A model generated the notes under the pieces. That model searched no databases. It was not told the origin of the DNA and was given only the letters and a program-made list of their open reading frames with translations. The position numbers were made by a program, and so were the translations under genes. Source: Caldilineaceae bacterium (GTDB lineage: Bacteria > Chloroflexota > Anaerolineae > Caldilineales > Caldilineaceae). Taken from it: 64,000 nucleotides of DNA. Below, piece after piece: positions 10,277 through 19,549 of the stretch (the first letter of the stretch is position 1; each line of letters begins with the position of its first letter). Location: contig OZ244818.1 in NCBI GenBank assembly GCA_965220285.1, positions 4,133,629-4,197,628 on the forward strand. The letters run 5' to 3'.

Positions 10277-11923
10277 CTAATTCAATACAGAGGCCAGGGC
10301 ATCGAGTACAACCTGCTCGCCCGGATCGTCGATAATAACCACATCTCCAATTGCCTGGGGAATGATAAACCTCAACATTCTGCCGCTCCGCTTCTTGTCT
10401 TTAAACATCATTGCGTAAACATCTTCCAGGTCGAGTCCGCTGGTCTTCGTAGGCAGCTCCAGTCTGTCCAGGCATTTCTCGATGCGGCTCGCGATCTGGG
10501 CGTCACAGCGGTCTAGGGCCAGTGCCATGCGGGCGGCGGCTATAGTTCCAATGGCTACTGCCTCCCCGTGCCGTAGAGAATAGCCGCTGACTTGTTCAAT
10601 AGCGTGGCCAAATGTGTGTCCAAGGTTGAGCGTCGCCCGCCGCCCCCTCTCAAACGGGTCCTCAATGACCACGTCCACTTTCACCCGCACGGCGTCGGCA
10701 ATCATCTGTGTCAGATTTGCAGGCCCTTCATCTTCCAACTCGCGGAAAAGTTCAGGCGCGCCAAGGATGCCGTGTTTTACGATCTCGGCCAACCCTGAAC
10801 GAAACTCAGCTGCCGGAAGTTCTGCGAGCACTTCGGGATCGATTATCACTATCTCGGGCTGCTTGAACGCGCCCACAAGATTCTTGCCCTGCGGTAAATC
10901 TACGGCTGTCTTGCCCCCGACCGAGGCGTCGACCATCGCCAGCAGCGAAGTCGGGGCCTGTACGAAAGGAGCCCCCCGCAAATATGTGGCCGCCGCAAAT
11001 CCGGTCATATCGCCGATTACCCCGCCTCCCAGCCCAATAATGGGGCTCCTTCTATCCAGTTCCGCGGCCACAAACTGATCGTACAGATCTTGAACTGTCG
11101 CCAGCGTCTTGTAAGCTTCCCCTTCGGGGACGAGGCACAGGACCGGCGTATACCCTTCCTGTTGAAGACTCTCACTCAAAGTTTCGGCGTATTGTTTCGC
11201 GATATCTGCATTCGTAACGACTGCCGCCTTTCCCTTTGGCACTTCTCGATTGGAAAGCAGGCGGCCTGCATGCGCCAGGATGCCTTCACCAATGCAGATA
11301 TGGTAGTGCCCTTCCGGCGTGGGCACGGTGATGCGGGTCATTCCAGCGATCTCACTGTTGCCTGCCAGCGTGTCGAGCACCCGCTCCGCAACAGTTTCCG
11401 GGTCGATTCCGTCGGTCGGCACGCGCAGGGGGATCCGCCCATACGCGGCGCGGCGGTCCTGGAGCAGCCTCTCGATGTTTCGCCTCTTTTCGTCCCGATC
11501 ACCGGGCAGCAACGGGCGATCTTCGAAGGTCTCGACCCGCTCAAGGATCGTGTCGGCGCCGGCGGCCAGGCAAACGACAGGACCGCTGGCTTCCATGGTC
11601 TGCCGATTCTCGTCACTGACCAGAGCGCCTCCCCCGGTTGCAATGATCAGTCCGGTCTCTGCAGCGAGCGTCTGACAAAGACGCGACTCTGCCTGACGGA
11701 ACAGTTCCTCGCCATCGTTAGCAAATATCTGGGCTATCGGCTTCCCGAACTCGGCCTCTATCCGCTCATCCATATCGACGAGCCGGCGGCCCATGCGCTC
11801 GGCCAGAATGCGGCCTACGGTCGTCTTGCCCGTACCCATGAAGCCGGTAAGCGTCAAGTTGCATCTGTCAGCCACAGGGTTTTCCATCGTTTGTAAGGCT
11901 GCCGCAACGAGGGAGTTGTCCAC
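10277..11923 (-). CDS. aroKB: Bifunctional shikimate kinase / 3-dehydroquinate synthase (single-frame fusion)
   Basis: N-terminal Walker A GFMGTGKTTVG with LVDMD (AroK), followed in the same frame by GGGVIGDMTGFAAATYLRG and NLGHTFGHA (AroB). GTG 11923 has GGAG 9 nt upstream; ATG 11887 is an alternative start. Confidence 0.9.
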   Translation of the reverse strand: MDNSLVAAALQTMENPVADRCNLTLTGFMGTGKTTVGRILAERMGRRLVDMDERIEAEFGKPIAQIFANDGEELFRQAESRLCQTLAAETGLIIATGGGALVSDENRQTMEASGPVVCLAAGADTILERVETFEDRPLLPGDRDEKRRNIERLLQDRRAAYGRIPLRVPTDGIDPETVAERVLDTLAGNSEIAGMTRITVPTPEGHYHICIGEGILAHAGRLLSNREVPKGKAAVVTNADIAKQYAETLSESLQQEGYTPVLCLVPEGEAYKTLATVQDLYDQFVAAELDRRSPIIGLGGGVIGDMTGFAAATYLRGAPFVQAPTSLLAMVDASVGGKTAVDLPQGKNLVGAFKQPEIVIIDPEVLAELPAAEFRSGLAEIVKHGILGAPELFRELEDEGPANLTQMIADAVRVKVDVVIEDPFERGRRATLNLGHTFGHAIEQVSGYSLRHGEAVAIGTIAAARMALALDRCDAQIASRIEKCLDRLELPTKTSGLDLEDVYAMMFKDKKRSGRMLRFIIPQAIGDVVIIDDPGEQVVLDALASVLN

Positions 11924-11939
11924 TCAATTTGACTCCGAA

Positions 11940-13190
11940 TCAGAAAAGCTTGAAATTGTCCGCGTCTACCCGGCCGGCCTGATGCATCAACACGGCGTTC
12001 ATCAACTCAATTGCCAATCGCGATTCCAGCGTAACCCCGGCGCGCACGCCAACGCATGGGTCGTGGCGACCCCTATCCAAGGCAAAGTCGATCTCCTCCA
12101 GGTTCTTTCGAACCGAATGCTGTGTCTTGAGAATTGTTGACGTAGGCTTGAATCCGACCCGGCAGACCAACGGAGAACCTGTCGTCATGCCGCCTATGAG
12201 ACCGCCGTGGCTGTTGGCCTGGTAACCGCTGCGCCGGATGGGGTCGTTATTTTCACTGCCCTTGCGGGCGACCACCTGTACCCCGTCGCCCACTTCACAG
12301 GACTGCACGGCATTCAGCCCGCCCAGCGCCCCCATCAGCCGCACTTTGAGACTCTGATAGAGAGGCTCTCCAACCAGCGGAGGCGGGTTGACCGCCACGA
12401 CCTCTACTGCCGCCCCCAGCGAATCGCCCTCGATGCGCGTGCGCTTGATCAGTTCACCCGCCTCCTGCGCAAATTCGGCGTCCAGCGAGCGAATTTCGGC
12501 TTCATCCAGCTTGTCCTCGACCGCGGCGACCTGTCGTGGTGTGACTGTCTGCGAACCCTGCTGCTGCGCTACGCTGGCAAAGTGCTGCGCCAGGCTCAGA
12601 TCTGTTCGAAGCGGTCCGACCTGTGAAATCGATGACAGTATAACCGTTCCGAACTGTTCATTCAGAAAGATACGGGCGATGGCCCCACCGATTACATCTG
12701 AGATTGTGGACCGGTAGCTGGAACGGCCGCCGCCGCGGATGTCCACGTAGCCCTTCGACTTGTGATACTTTACAAGGTCAGTGTGCCCCGGCCGCACTTC
12801 GCCCCTGGGCCCGGCGAACTGATCATAGTGACGCGACCGCTGCGAGGTCGAGAGTACCAGCGCTGCGATCGGCTCTCCCGTCGAGTAACCAACCTCATAG
12901 CTCTCGGTTGCAGATTCCGCCCCGCCGCCAATTGATACTGCAGGCCCGGACAACAAGCTGTCGACCTCGCCTTCTTCGTACAGCCCTGAGAGCAGAACTA
13001 CTCTGTCGGCCTCTTGCCGGGGTGTGCCGTGGCGGTTGCTGCCTGGCCGGCGCCGGTCCAAGAACCGCTGAACCTCTTCGCGGCGAACGCGAAGACCGGC
13101 AGGGCAACCGAAAACAATTGTCGTTACACCCGGACCGTGCGACTCACCGGCCCCGGCAACGGCGAACAGAGGACCCCCCAGAATCTCCAT
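11940..13190 (-). CDS. aroC: Chorismate synthase
   Basis: Motifs GESHGP, RPGHTDL, GGGRSSYRST and SHGGLIGGMTTG. Confidence 0.93.
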   Translation of the reverse strand: MEILGGPLFAVAGAGESHGPGVTTIVFGCPAGLRVRREEVQRFLDRRRPGSNRHGTPRQEADRVVLLSGLYEEGEVDSLLSGPAVSIGGGAESATESYEVGYSTGEPIAALVLSTSQRSRHYDQFAGPRGEVRPGHTDLVKYHKSKGYVDIRGGGRSSYRSTISDVIGGAIARIFLNEQFGTVILSSISQVGPLRTDLSLAQHFASVAQQQGSQTVTPRQVAAVEDKLDEAEIRSLDAEFAQEAGELIKRTRIEGDSLGAAVEVVAVNPPPLVGEPLYQSLKVRLMGALGGLNAVQSCEVGDGVQVVARKGSENNDPIRRSGYQANSHGGLIGGMTTGSPLVCRVGFKPTSTILKTQHSVRKNLEEIDFALDRGRHDPCVGVRAGVTLESRLAIELMNAVLMHQAGRVDADNFKLF

Positions 13191-13201
13191 GCTTCAATCT
13201 C

Positions 13202-13918
13202 TCATTCGGCGTTCAAATCCCAAGCCTGCTGCCCCTGACCTTTGGCTGATAATATAAACTCGCGCACTTTGTCCGGGTCTTTACGTCCGGGTTCGAACTC
13301 CACACCGCTGCTAACATCAACCGCCCAAGGCCGGACAGCCTCGACGGCCTCGGCGACATTTCTCGGGGTGAGGCCACCTGCCAGGACCAGTCGAGGGTAG
13401 TTAAGCCTTAGGCCTGCGGCAGCGTTCCAGTCAGCCCTCTTTCCTGTACCGCCATAATCCTTGGGGTCGAAGGCGTCGACCAGGAGTTGGGGGCCGTTAC
13501 TTGGACCCAGCCCTGCGTACCATTCGGCCTCAATCTCGGCTTCGGCGGCGCTAGTTGGACGCAGCGCCTTGAAGCCGCGTCCCCTGAGGGCCTCGAGCAT
13601 GGCAGGGGTCTCCTCTCCATGCAACTGGGCAAAGTCCAGATTGGCGCGACAGATCGTCTCCTCCACCGCTTCCAATGTTTCATTCACGAATACACCAATG
13701 TAGCGAGGAGCTTGACCGAATTCGGCGCCGCTAACCGGGGCCGTGTTCGAATCAGATAGGTGCTCCGTCAACCGTGAAGTTATCTCTCTCGCCGCCTCTG
13801 GCGCGATGTAGCGAGGAGACTTCTCGAAAAAGATGAATCCCAGATAGTCCGCGCCGGCGCTGGCAGCACACAGTCCGTCTTCAAAGCTGGTGATGCCGCA
13901 TATCTTTACGTGCGTCAT
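13202..13918 (-). CDS. trpF: Phosphoribosylanthranilate isomerase
   Basis: Motifs MTHVKICGIT, DYLGFIFFEKSPRYI and LAGGLTPRNV. Confidence 0.9.
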   Translation of the reverse strand: MTHVKICGITSFEDGLCAASAGADYLGFIFFEKSPRYIAPEAAREITSRLTEHLSDSNTAPVSGAEFGQAPRYIGVFVNETLEAVEETICRANLDFAQLHGEETPAMLEALRGRGFKALRPTSAAEAEIEAEWYAGLGPSNGPQLLVDAFDPKDYGGTGKRADWNAAAGLRLNYPRLVLAGGLTPRNVAEAVEAVRPWAVDVSSGVEFEPGRKDPDKVREFILSAKGQGQQAWDLNAE

Positions 13919-13973
13919 TGTTCCAATTGCTCAACTCGGCAGATTTGCAGCCGTAGAGTCTTCGTATTTCCTG

Positions 13974-14705
13974 TCAGAATCCAATCCCCGTAATGCTTAG
14001 GAGCCAGACCAGTAAAGGTGCAATTGCGATACTGGGCAAGAGATTGGCGATACTGATCTTCTTCAAATCCAGTAGAGTCAGCCCGATTCCCAGAATAAGA
14101 ACCCCCCCTGTGGCCGTCAGTTCGACGACCCACGGCGTTTCCCGGCTGACCTCTCCGAGTCCGCTGCCAACTCCCATCGCCAGTGTCGACAGCCCTCCCT
14201 GCACAAGCGCGACTGTACCAACACTGAGCAATACACCGGGCCCCAGGCTGGCGGCAAATGGTATGGCGGCAAAGCCGTCCAGAGCGCTCTTTATCGCCAG
14301 TAGCTCGTAATCCCCCAGCAGTCCGTCCTGTATGCTGCCAAGAATGGTCATCGGCCCAACACAGAAGATCAGGCTGGACGTGACAAAAGCTCGGGTAATG
14401 CTCCAGCCGGCCACCTTGCCTTGGCCCAGAGGTCCGCCCCAGCGCGCTTCCGCCCGCTTGCCCAGCCAGTTCAGACCGTCGTCAATGCGGAGCAGTTCGC
14501 CCAGGACACCTCCTGCCAGGACGCTGAAAAGAGGAATGAGGACGTTGCCCGTACCGCTGGCCATGATGACGCCGATGGCCAGTACCATCAGCCCCAAGCC
14601 ATGTAGGACCGTCTCCTGAACCCTAGCCGGCAGCCGGTTTCCCAGGACCGTTCCAATTGAGCCGCCAATCAGGACGGCGATCATATTTAGAACTGTGCCG
14701 GTCAT
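13974..14705 (-). CDS. DUF554-like polytopic membrane protein
   Basis: 243 aa and hydrophobic throughout. The N-terminus MTGTVLNMIAVLIGGSIGTVLGNRLP resembles YdfK/YqgA-type DUF554 proteins. Confidence 0.7.
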   Translation of the reverse strand: MTGTVLNMIAVLIGGSIGTVLGNRLPARVQETVLHGLGLMVLAIGVIMASGTGNVLIPLFSVLAGGVLGELLRIDDGLNWLGKRAEARWGGPLGQGKVAGWSITRAFVTSSLIFCVGPMTILGSIQDGLLGDYELLAIKSALDGFAAIPFAASLGPGVLLSVGTVALVQGGLSTLAMGVGSGLGEVSRETPWVVELTATGGVLILGIGLTLLDLKKISIANLLPSIAIAPLLVWLLSITGIGF

Positions 14706-14753
14706 GTTGGAAGCGATCCGGGCATAGGAACCCTGTTTTCAGAGCTGTCCAAT

Positions 14754-15602
14754 TCACTGAATGCCTGCGAGCACGAATTCGCGCACGAGAGGGCCTCGCT
14801 CCGCCTGGGGCAACTTGCAGAAGCTTTCGCCCACGAGTATGGCATCGCAACCCATCTCAGCCATACGCCCCACATCGATCGCATTGCGGATTCCACTCTC
14901 GCCGATCAGAATGATGTCGGCAGGGATCAGTTTGCGTAACCGGGCGGTGGTTTCGATATCTACCTCGAACGTCTTCAGGTTACGATTGTTTACTCCGATA
15001 ACTTGGGCCTCAGCCGCCAGCGCGCGCGCTACCTCCTCCTCATCATGGACTTCCACCAACGCGTCCATCCCCAACTGATTCGTCAAGCCTATCAGTTCCT
15101 GTAATTCGGTGTCGCCCAACACGCCTACGATTAGAAGAAGTGCGTCCGCCCCAGCCGCGCGCGCCTCGTACACCTGATAGGGATGAAAGATAAACTCTTT
15201 GCGCAGCAATGGCGTATCCAGGTTGCTGGCGCGCAGGTGCTCGACAATTTCGGCCAGATACGAGAGTCTCCCTTGGAAAAAACGTGCGTCGGTCAGGCAG
15301 GATATCGCGGCCGCGCCACTGGCGGCGTACGTCTCAGCAATGGCAGTAGGTGACCAGTCCTGGGCGATCAACCCCTTGGAGGGGCTCGCACGCTTCACTT
15401 CGGCGATGAGACTTGCCCCACGCTCGGCCGTAAGTGCGGCTGCGAAATCCAGAGGCGGCTCGGCTAACGACACAAGGGCCTTGAGTTCGGCCAGAGGTAC
15501 ATCCTCCATCTGACGTGCCACCTCCTGGCGCTTCCAGGCCATGATCCTGTCAAGGACCTGGCCCTTGTGTTTGCTGATTTCCAATTGTGAAAACCTGGCC
15601 AT
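14754..15602 (-). CDS. trpC: Indole-3-glycerol phosphate synthase
   Basis: Motifs LIAEVKRASPSKG, ISCLTDARFFQG and GVNNRNLKTF. Confidence 0.92.
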   Translation of the reverse strand: MARFSQLEISKHKGQVLDRIMAWKRQEVARQMEDVPLAELKALVSLAEPPLDFAAALTAERGASLIAEVKRASPSKGLIAQDWSPTAIAETYAASGAAAISCLTDARFFQGRLSYLAEIVEHLRASNLDTPLLRKEFIFHPYQVYEARAAGADALLLIVGVLGDTELQELIGLTNQLGMDALVEVHDEEEVARALAAEAQVIGVNNRNLKTFEVDIETTARLRKLIPADIILIGESGIRNAIDVGRMAEMGCDAILVGESFCKLPQAERGPLVREFVLAGIQ

Positions 15603-15606
15603 TTTG

Positions 15607-16674
15607 CTATTGGTTTCCGCTGAAGCCCTGCGTCTTTTCGATAAACTTGGTTAGCGAGTCCTGCGCTGCGCCGCTGTCGATCGATTCTCCCGCAGCAGTC
15701 AGCCCTGCCTCCCAGTCACCGTTCTCGGTTGCCAAGGCCGCCGCCGCGTTCAATAGTACCACATCCCGCTTGGGGCCGTGCAGTTCACCATTGAGGATTC
15801 CCTGGGTGATAGCGGCGTTTGTGCCTGCGTCGCCCCCAACCAAGTCGTCGAGCGACGCGGGCGAAAGACCGAGATCGGTCGCAGATAGTTCACTTATTCT
15901 GACTTCACCTTTGCGCAGATGGCTGATGTGATTTATTCCATTCGTGATCAACTCGTCCACGCCGCGCCCGTCATCAGTAGTGCCATGGACTACAATCGCT
16001 GCAGTGCTTCCCATCTCCCCCAAGACTTCCGCCATCTGCGCTGTCAAGTCGATGCTGGGTACGCCGATTACCTGGTGCGTGGCATTGGCCGGGTTTGTCA
16101 GCGGACCGAGGATGTTGAAAATAGTGCGCGTCGCCAGCTCCCTGCGCGGGCCAATGGCGTACTTCATTGCGGGGTGGTACAGCGGTGCGAACAGAAAGCC
16201 GATGCCAACGTCCTCGATGCACTCTGCGACCTGTTCAGGACCTAGGTCCAATCGAACGCCCAACTCCTCAAGCACATCAGCGCTGCCGCACTGACTGCTG
16301 GCAGACCTGTTGCCGTGCTTTGCCACCTTTTCGCCGGCCCCCGCGACGACAAATGCAACGGTTGTACTGATGTTGAACGTGCCGGTCTGATCACCGCCCG
16401 TACCGCAGGTGTCAAGGAGGCGTTGTCCGTCTAGAGTAGGTCGAACCGGCACGGCAACGCGCTTCATCGCCCGCGCGCAGCCTGTAATTTCCGACACGCG
16501 CTCTCCCTTCATGCGCAACGCTGAAAGAAACGCGCCTATCTGCGCATCTGTCGCCTGACCGCTCATGATCTGTGTCATCGCCGCGTCGGCTGCGTCGGCA
16601 TCCAGATCTTTCCCGGCGAAAATGGATTCCAGTGCATCATGTATGGGTGATGCCATTAGTTTTTCTCCTATCAT
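15607..16674 (-). CDS. trpD: Anthranilate phosphoribosyltransferase
   Basis: Motifs GTGGDQTGTFNISTT and KHGNRSASSQCGSADVLEELG. Confidence 0.93.
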   Translation of the reverse strand: MIGEKLMASPIHDALESIFAGKDLDADAADAAMTQIMSGQATDAQIGAFLSALRMKGERVSEITGCARAMKRVAVPVRPTLDGQRLLDTCGTGGDQTGTFNISTTVAFVVAGAGEKVAKHGNRSASSQCGSADVLEELGVRLDLGPEQVAECIEDVGIGFLFAPLYHPAMKYAIGPRRELATRTIFNILGPLTNPANATHQVIGVPSIDLTAQMAEVLGEMGSTAAIVVHGTTDDGRGVDELITNGINHISHLRKGEVRISELSATDLGLSPASLDDLVGGDAGTNAAITQGILNGELHGPKRDVVLLNAAAALATENGDWEAGLTAAGESIDSGAAQDSLTKFIEKTQGFSGNQ

Positions 16675-16750
16675 CTCGAACGGCTACAAAATTACTTCAA
16701 CAAACATCTACAGACCGTTTGACGGGGGTTGCGGAGGTTTACTTTGCTGG

Positions 16751-17818
16751 CTACCGACTGCTTGTCAAGTAGCCGATTTCTTCTGCCAGAAAATCGCTGT
16801 CTCCATTACCTAATGGGGACAGGCCCCATTGTGTCAACGAGCGGCGCAGAGCAGTCGTTAAGGCGCTGATGAGAAAGGACTGGTACTGGGAACTCTCTGC
16901 ATCGGGATCCGAAACAGAGACTGGCGGTACGGCCTTTTGTCGAATGCCTTCCAGCAAATAGGTCACTGCCTGTGAACTGAACAGCCGCAAGTATATGTCG
17001 ACTCGATCCGACAAACCGGGATCGGTATTGCCACGGCAATACATGTCCCACCAGTCGTCATGGTTTTCATCCGTCCAATCGTCTCCCCCGAAAAAGAGGA
17101 AACGGCCAATTTCCTGGGCCGGGTCGCCCAATCCGAATAACTCCCAGTCCACCAGAATGGCCTTGCCTTTTTGAAACAGAGCGTTTTCGACCCTCAAGTC
17201 ACCGTGGATCGGTGACGGGGGCGTCTCCCCGAGCAGAGGCAGCACCGTGTCCATCAATCGGTGCGCAGCTGCCCAAAGCGACGAAAGATGCTCGGTCAAC
17301 AGAGGCGCCGGTGCGGCAGTTGTCCACTCAAGCAGCGGGGCCTCCCCCGACTGCCATATTTGCCAGAACGTGAGCAGATTGAAAGGGTGCGGGCTGAATC
17401 GCTGAACGTCGTCCCTACTGGCACAGTGGACTCGGGCCACTGCATCGGCGTGAGCGAAGCGATGGAAGCGGTCTGACGGCGCCAGCGACACTCCTTCCGC
17501 CCAGCGGTAGACCAAGATCTGACGCGGCAGTCCGTGCGGATAGCGATCATACCAGAGCGGCTCCGGCGCTAGACCTGCAGGTGCAAACTGCTCCTGGCCG
17601 CTGAACTGCCGCCGGCTGCGCGCCTGGCCGGCGTCCGTAAACATCTTCAAGACAGCATCACTGCCGTCTTCGCAGTGAGTTCGCCAGAGTAGATTGTCTC
17701 TCCCTTGCCAATGATCCGTGATGACCACCTCCTGATTCCGAAAGCGGCTGGAGGCGGCGCCGGTCATATAGGCGTGAACGGCCTGTGTCCATGCGCTCAT
17801 ACCAATTTCATCGGTCAT
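16751..17818 (-). CDS. Aminoglycoside-phosphotransferase (APH)/choline-kinase-fold small-molecule kinase of unknown substrate
   Basis: IHGDLRVENALF (HxDxxxxN catalytic loop) and ILVDWELFGLGDPAQEIG (metal-binding Asp). Its ATG (17818-17816) overlaps the trpG stop (17817-15) as ATGA. Confidence 0.75.
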   Translation of the reverse strand: MTDEIGMSAWTQAVHAYMTGAASSRFRNQEVVITDHWQGRDNLLWRTHCEDGSDAVLKMFTDAGQARSRRQFSGQEQFAPAGLAPEPLWYDRYPHGLPRQILVYRWAEGVSLAPSDRFHRFAHADAVARVHCASRDDVQRFSPHPFNLLTFWQIWQSGEAPLLEWTTAAPAPLLTEHLSSLWAAAHRLMDTVLPLLGETPPSPIHGDLRVENALFQKGKAILVDWELFGLGDPAQEIGRFLFFGGDDWTDENHDDWWDMYCRGNTDPGLSDRVDIYLRLFSSQAVTYLLEGIRQKAVPPVSVSDPDAESSQYQSFLISALTTALRRSLTQWGLSPLGNGDSDFLAEEIGYLTSSR

Positions 17819-18411
17819 ACACTCAGGAAGTTTCGCAACAGATCGTGCCCGTATTCCGTCAGAATGCTCTCCGGGTGAAACTGCACGCCAAAGATTGGCT
17901 TTGACCGGTGCTGTACGCCCATCAGTTCGCCCTCGACTGTGTGGGCTGTAGCTTTCAGTTCTGAAGGCAGCGGTTCCTCCACAATCAGACTATGATATCG
18001 GGTGGCGGTAAATGGGCTGGGAATCCCTTGAAAGAGAGTCGTCCCCTTGTGATGAATCGGACTGACTTTACCGTGCATCAGCCGCGGGGCCCGCTCAACA
18101 TTGCCGCCATGAACGTGACCAATGCACTGTTGGCCGAGACAGACGCCAAGAATGGGCGTCCGGTCGCCCATATGACGGATTACATCGTTGCTGACGCCGC
18201 TGTCCTGCTGCGGTGTGCCCGGGCCGGGGCTGATTATGATGTGGTTCGGCCGTTTCTCGATCAATTCCTCGATTTCAATGGCATCGTTGCGCCATACCTG
18301 AATCCGATTGGCCTCCTCCCCACCGGAAAGAGGGGTCTCATTGACGATTTCGCCCAGAAACTGAACCAGATTGTACGTGAAGCTATCGTAATTGTCGATG
18401 ACGGCGATCAT
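17815..18411 (-). CDS. trpG: Anthranilate synthase component II (glutamine amidotransferase)
   Basis: Motifs MIAVIDNYDSFTYNLVQ, GVCLGQQCIG (nucleophile Cys) and GVQFHPES. ATG 18411 has AAGGAG 7 nt upstream. The longer ORF-track start would overlap trpS. Confidence 0.9.
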   Translation of the reverse strand: MIAVIDNYDSFTYNLVQFLGEIVNETPLSGGEEANRIQVWRNDAIEIEELIEKRPNHIIISPGPGTPQQDSGVSNDVIRHMGDRTPILGVCLGQQCIGHVHGGNVERAPRLMHGKVSPIHHKGTTLFQGIPSPFTATRYHSLIVEEPLPSELKATAHTVEGELMGVQHRSKPIFGVQFHPESILTEYGHDLLRNFLSV

Positions 18412-18439
18412 TGCCCCGCTCCTTTCACCTGTTTCGCAG

Positions 18440-19495
18440 CTAAGCCTTCGCGAGCCTCTTTTGGCGGCGCTCATTCGAGCGGCGGATCCGATTCCACACT
18501 CCTGTCAACCCCATCGCCTTCTTCATTTCCATGAGCGTCTGCCGGGCCTCTGCCTGGGCCCGCCGCGTGCCTTCGTAGATCAGCTGGTCGGTGAAGCCGG
18601 TCTGATCAGCGTAGTAAGCTCGCCGTTCACGGATCGGTTCGAGGAAGTTTTCCAGGGCGTTGTACAGCTTCGTCTTCACCTCCACGTCACCAACGGCGCC
18701 CTCTCGGTACCGGCTTTTCAAATCTTCCACCTCCTCCTTGTTGGGATTGAAGGTGTCATGATAGCTGAAGACCGGGTTGCCTTCGACAGTGCCGGGAATA
18801 TCGGCGCGAATGCGATTGGGGTCTGTATACATGCTCATAACACCCTTCCTGACCGTGGCCGAGTCGTCGCTGAGCAGGATTGCATTGCCCAGGCTCTTGC
18901 TCATCTTGGCCTGTCCGTCGGTGCCTACGAGCGTGCCGCCAACGATGTATGCGTCCGGCAAAGGAAAGACTTCGGAATAGGCGTTGTTGAAACGTCGTGC
19001 AATCTGTCGGCTGATTTCAATATGGGACTCGTTGTCTTTGCCTACCGGCACCATGTGCGCTCGCGGCATCAGAATGTCGGCCGCCTGCAGCACAGGGTAC
19101 CCGAGCAGGTTGTAAGGCATCTGCTCCATTTCGGCCGCCGCGGCCATATCTTTAATTGTGGGCAGTTGTTGCAAGCGCTCGACCGTTACCATGCCGCTGA
19201 GAATCAGGTGCATCTCGTAGATCTCATGAACGGCCGACTGCAGGTAGAACGATGTCTTGTCCGGGTCTATACCAATCGCGAGGTGATCGAGAACGATCTC
19301 GCGGGCGTTTTCGCCGATCTGCGCGATATCCTCTTTGGATGGCTTCGTAGTCAGCATGTGGAGGTCGGCTATGATGAAGAAGCATTCGTACTCCTCCTGG
19401 AAAGCTAGCCGGTGCTGTAAGCTGCCTACATAGTGGCCAACGTGCAGTTTGCCAGTTGGACGGTCGCCGGTGAGTATCCGCTTCTTCTGTGTCAT
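18440..19495 (-). CDS. trpS: Tryptophan--tRNA ligase
   Basis: HVGHYVG (HIGH-type) and KMSKS motifs, with class-I TrpRS length and layout. ATG 19495 is preceded by GGGAGG. Confidence 0.92.
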   Translation of the reverse strand: MTQKKRILTGDRPTGKLHVGHYVGSLQHRLAFQEEYECFFIIADLHMLTTKPSKEDIAQIGENAREIVLDHLAIGIDPDKTSFYLQSAVHEIYEMHLILSGMVTVERLQQLPTIKDMAAAAEMEQMPYNLLGYPVLQAADILMPRAHMVPVGKDNESHIEISRQIARRFNNAYSEVFPLPDAYIVGGTLVGTDGQAKMSKSLGNAILLSDDSATVRKGVMSMYTDPNRIRADIPGTVEGNPVFSYHDTFNPNKEEVEDLKSRYREGAVGDVEVKTKLYNALENFLEPIRERRAYYADQTGFTDQLIYEGTRRAQAEARQTLMEMKKAMGLTGVWNRIRRSNERRQKRLAKA

Positions 19496-19549
19496 TTTCC
19501 CCTCCCGGTATTTCATGAAAGTCTGGAGACAATTGGCTTCCGCGTTGTC

